Part shown: positions 60,676 through 64,000 of the stretch, in pieces
Layout: each line of letters starts with the position of its first letter
How positions within the stretch are numbered: position 1 is the stretch's first letter
Origin: Alphaproteobacteria bacterium
GTDB taxonomy: Bacteria > Pseudomonadota > Alphaproteobacteria > SHVV01
Assembly (NCBI GenBank): GCA_965261735.1
Contig: OZ253470.1
Coordinates: 128,001-192,000 of the forward strand
DNA length: 64,000 nucleotides
Reading direction: 5' to 3'
Translations under genes and position numbers: made by a program
Notes under the pieces: model-generated
Database searches by the model: none
What the model was told of the DNA's origin: nothing
Seen by the model: only the letters and a program-made list of their open reading frames with translations

Positions 60676-62817
60676 ATGAGGCCTGGGGGCCGCGCCCTCG
60701 CGCTCGCGCTCTTGATCGTCCTGGCGATCGTGTCGGGCGGCGAAGTCTTGGCTCAGGCCGACGAACGGCCGGTGCTGCTCCAGGCGGACGAGATTAGCTA
60801 CGACCAAGCGCGCGGTATCGTCGTCGCGACCGGCCGCGTCGAGATCAGCGTCGACGACCGTATCCTCCTGGCTGACCGGGTCTCTTACGACGAGCGCGCC
60901 GACACGGTGGCGGCGACCGGCAATGTCAGCATCCTGGATCCCAATGGCGATGTCTTTTTCGCCGACCAGGTCGAGCTGTCGAACCGCCTCCGCGATGGCT
61001 TTCTGACAAGCTTCCGCGCCCTGCTCGCGGACCGGTCGCGGTTCGCCGCCGCGGGCGCACGGCGTACCGGCGGCAACCGGACGGAGATGTTCAAGGTCGT
61101 GTACTCGGCCTGCGAGTTGGTCCCCGGCCGCCCGCACCGGGCCCCTCTGTGGCAGTTCAAGGCCGTCAAGATCGTCCACAATCAGCGCGCGCAGCGCATC
61201 GACTACCAGGATGCCGTCCTCGAGGTCTTGGGCGTTCCGGTCGCCTATACGCCGTTCTTCTCGCACCCCGACCCCACGGTGAAACGGCAATCGGGCTTCC
61301 TCGCGCCGAGCTACGGGAGCTCGACCGCGCTCGGGCTCATGCTGGAAGTCCCGTACTATTTCATTATCGCGCCCCATCGCGATGCGACCTTTGCACCGTT
61401 GTTCACGAGCAAGGAGGGCGTCGTTCTCGGCGGCGAGTACCGACAGCGCACGGAACGCGGTAACTTCGACATCAGCGGCAGCGTCACGCGCCCCGAACGA
61501 CGCGACGACAACAACCAGCTCGTTGGTGGCCGGCAGACCCGCGGCCACGTCTTCTCCAAAGCCCGGTCGGCCCTCGACGACACGTGGCGGTGGGGATTCG
61601 ATGTCCGCCGCTCCACCGACGACACCTACTTGCGCCGCTACGAATTGAGCACCGAGGATACTCTCACGAGCAACGCATTCATCGAGGGCTTCCGCGGGCG
61701 CAACTATGCGAGCGCCAACGTCTACAGCTTTCAGGGGCTGCGGGAAGACGACGACCCGGGTCAGACGCCGCTTGTCCTGCCGCTCGCGGAGTTCCACCAC
61801 CGCGGCGAGCCGGGCCACCTCGGTCAACTGCTCAACCTCGACAGCAGCTTGCTGGTGACGGAACGCAACGAGGGTACGGACACGCGGCGGTTATCGCTCG
61901 ATGGCGGCTGGATGCTCCCCTACACCTCGCCGGTCGGTGAGCGTTACACCCTGAGCGCCAGTGTGCGTGGCGATCTCTATTGGGTCACGGATGTCGCCGC
62001 CGCCGGCGGAGGCACCAAGGACAACTTTACCGGGCGGCTCTTTCCACAGGTCGGGCTGGACTGGCGCTACGCGCTGATCCGGCCGGGCGAGCGGGTGAGC
62101 CAGACCGTCGAGCCCGTCGTCATGGCGATCCTAGCGCCCAACGGCGGCAACCCGGGCGACATTCCCAACGAAGACAGCTTGAGCTTCGAGTTCGACCACG
62201 CCAACCTGTTCCGCGCCAAGCGCTTTCCGGGGCTCGATCGGGTCGAGGGCGGCGCGCGCGTTAATTACGGCCTGAGATGGAGCGCCCATGGCAGCGCCGG
62301 CGGCTCGGCCGCGGCCGTGATCGGCCAGGTACTCCGCCTGCGCGAAGACGACACCTTTGCCGACAAGACCGGGCTCGAGGACAAGCGCTCGGACTATGTC
62401 GGGGCCGTCAACGTGGCCCCGGCGGACTACCTCGGGTACACCCATCGCTTCCGACTCGATCGCGATTCACTGTCAATTCGGCGCAACGAAATCGACCTTT
62501 CAGCGGGGCCTGCCTTCTTCAAGATCAATCTCGGCTATGCCCTGCTCAGCCGCGAGCTCACGGCCGACGAGTTCGGCTCGCGCGAGGAACTCACCACCAG
62601 CGCTTCCGCCCGCATCACGCCCTACTGGACAGCCACGGCGAAGTCACGCCATGACCTCACCGAGGGCGGCGGGACCCTCAAATACGGCTTCGGCATGACC
62701 TACCAGGACGAGTGCCTCACGTTTCTCGTGGATTTCGAGCGCAACTTCACGTCGGATCGCGACGTGCAGCCCTCGACGTCGATCTCGTTCCGCGTCAAGC
62801 TCAAACATATCGGTTGA
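60676..62817 (+). CDS. lptD: LPS-assembly protein LptD
   Basis: OstA-like N-terminus (LQADEISYD, YSAC, P-W), RQSGFLAP, NLF--RF-GLDRVEGG and YQDEC. Confidence 0.92.
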   Translation: MRPGGRALALALLIVLAIVSGGEVLAQADERPVLLQADEISYDQARGIVVATGRVEISVDDRILLADRVSYDERADTVAATGNVSILDPNGDVFFADQVELSNRLRDGFLTSFRALLADRSRFAAAGARRTGGNRTEMFKVVYSACELVPGRPHRAPLWQFKAVKIVHNQRAQRIDYQDAVLEVLGVPVAYTPFFSHPDPTVKRQSGFLAPSYGSSTALGLMLEVPYYFIIAPHRDATFAPLFTSKEGVVLGGEYRQRTERGNFDISGSVTRPERRDDNNQLVGGRQTRGHVFSKARSALDDTWRWGFDVRRSTDDTYLRRYELSTEDTLTSNAFIEGFRGRNYASANVYSFQGLREDDDPGQTPLVLPLAEFHHRGEPGHLGQLLNLDSSLLVTERNEGTDTRRLSLDGGWMLPYTSPVGERYTLSASVRGDLYWVTDVAAAGGGTKDNFTGRLFPQVGLDWRYALIRPGERVSQTVEPVVMAILAPNGGNPGDIPNEDSLSFEFDHANLFRAKRFPGLDRVEGGARVNYGLRWSAHGSAGGSAAAVIGQVLRLREDDTFADKTGLEDKRSDYVGAVNVAPADYLGYTHRFRLDRDSLSIRRNEIDLSAGPAFFKINLGYALLSRELTADEFGSREELTTSASARITPYWTATAKSRHDLTEGGGTLKYGFGMTYQDECLTFLVDFERNFTSDRDVQPSTSISFRVKLKHIG

Positions 62818-62886
62818 GGAGTCCGCTGCGCGGCCGGACGGATGCTCCTATACTCCCGACCTCACTGGGCGTTTCGGGGACTTCAA

Positions 62887-64000
62887 TTGCGTGTTCGCCG
62901 CACAGCCGCACCGCCTGCCGTGCCGGCGCCTGGGGCGCTCGGCATCAAGGGCCTGTTCATCGCGCTCCTCGTGATCGTCGTGGTGCTTCCGGTACGGGCG
63001 CAGCAGGTGCTGTCCATTGCGGCCGTCGTCAACGACGAGGTGATCTCACTCTACGACGTCGAGCAGCGTGTCACGTTGGTCATTGCCAGTACCGGGCTCC
63101 AAAGCACGCACGCCATTCAGCGGCGCCTGCGTCGGCAGGTCATCAATGACCTGATCGAGGAAAAGCTACAACTGCAGGAAGCGCAGAGGCTGAACATCGG
63201 CGTGTCCGCCGCCGACGTGGAGCGTGCCTTTGCGTTCATCGAAAACCAAAACAAGCTTGCGCCCGGAAGGCTCGATGCCTTCCTCGCCTCTCGCAACATA
63301 GAAAAGAGCGCGCTTGAACGGCAGCTTCGAGCCGAAATCGCGTGGGCAAAGGTGATCCGCCGGCGGCTCAATCCCTCGCTCTTCGTCAGCGAGGACGAGG
63401 TTGACGAGGTGATCGCGCGGATGGAGCGGAGCGCCGGCCAGCCGGAGTTTCTCGTTGGCGAGATCTTCCTTGCCGTCGCCTCTCCTACGGAAGAGGCCGA
63501 CGTCAAGCGCCGGGCGGACGATCTCGTCGAGGAACTGCGGCGCGGCGCCGTGTTTCCGGCCGTTGCGCGCCAGTTCTCGCAGGGTGTCACGGCGGGCATC
63601 GGGGGCGAGGTCGGCTGGGTAGAGGCCGGACAGTTGGCGGAAGAGCTCGACCAGGTCCTGCGCGAGATGAAGGTCGGGCAGGTCACGCCTCCCATTCGGT
63701 CGAGTGGCGGCTTCTACATCCTCGCGCTTCGCAACCGGCGCATGATTCTTGCGGTCGACGACAGCGAGGTCGAGGTCACGCTCAAGCAGATCTTCCTGCC
63801 GTTGACGAGAAACACCGACGGCGCCGAGATCGCTTCGCAGCGCGCCTTGGCCAACACCATCGCGGGCTCGATTCAGAACTGCGAGGACGTCGATCGCTTG
63901 ACGGCGGCGCTACGATCCCCCGAATCGGGGGATCTCGGCACGGTGCGTCTGAGCGAACTGCCGCCGGACTTCCGCTCGGCGGTCGCGTCCCTTGCGGTCG
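62887..64000 (+). CDS. surA: SurA-like peptidylprolyl isomerase, partial; runs off the window end
   Basis: Manual translation: IAAVVNDEVISLYDVEQR...LIEEKLQLQEA...F-AVARQFSQ...GGEVGWV. Start uncertain (62842 ATG or 62887 TTG). Confidence 0.85.
   Translation, partial: MRVRRTAAPPAVPAPGALGIKGLFIALLVIVVVLPVRAQQVLSIAAVVNDEVISLYDVEQRVTLVIASTGLQSTHAIQRRLRRQVINDLIEEKLQLQEAQRLNIGVSAADVERAFAFIENQNKLAPGRLDAFLASRNIEKSALERQLRAEIAWAKVIRRRLNPSLFVSEDEVDEVIARMERSAGQPEFLVGEIFLAVASPTEEADVKRRADDLVEELRRGAVFPAVARQFSQGVTAGIGGEVGWVEAGQLAEELDQVLREMKVGQVTPPIRSSGGFYILALRNRRMILAVDDSEVEVTLKQIFLPLTRNTDGAEIASQRALANTIAGSIQNCEDVDRLTAALRSPESGDLGTVRLSELPPDFRSAVASLAV

Noticed and set aside
59137-61827. 896-aa minus-strand ORF, and similar long ORFs such as 39780-41675, 28605-30041 and 1761-3209
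   Set aside because: These are antisense shadows of well-supported genes, expected from high-GC codon bias, and they carry no recognisable motifs.

Overview
High-GC alphaproteobacterial (Rhodospirillales-like) chromosome segment made mostly of conserved housekeeping genes: AsmA/YhdP-like (partial), glnE, M23 peptidase-bactofilin, prfB with its programmed frameshift, PBP1A, amiC, rne, aminotransferase, GGT-like, M48/DsbA, hppD-hmgA-FAH-maiA, thiS-thiG fusion, aroQ, aat, mlaD, NDUFA12, nrdJ, aspS, rnd, ppx-ppk1, hdaA, purN, ndk, holC, pepA, lptFGD and surA (partial). Two nested insertion-sequence clusters can be resolved by their inverted repeats and target duplications. Cluster 34394-39646 is an IS1595 carrying three IS256 elements. 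Cluster 46628-51464 is an IS1-family element carrying an IS1380 one-ended transposition unit (cargo: DUF169, a radical-SAM fragment, an IS3 fragment) plus a truncated IS1595. Both clusters sit in the last codons of host genes. Broken genes (cbpA, cbpM, maiA) and missing syntenic genes (accBC, purM) suggest ongoing genome erosion. The best candidates for undescribed biology are (i) a small GIY-YIG-like gene with its own tandem NrdR boxes in front of nrdJ, and (ii) a miniature PEP-CTERM-like protein under a sigma54/enhancer promoter, divergent from an N-acyl-amino-acid-synthase-like/cNMP-binding fusion. No rRNA, tRNA or CRISPR array was seen. All family assignments come from motif recognition, not database searches.
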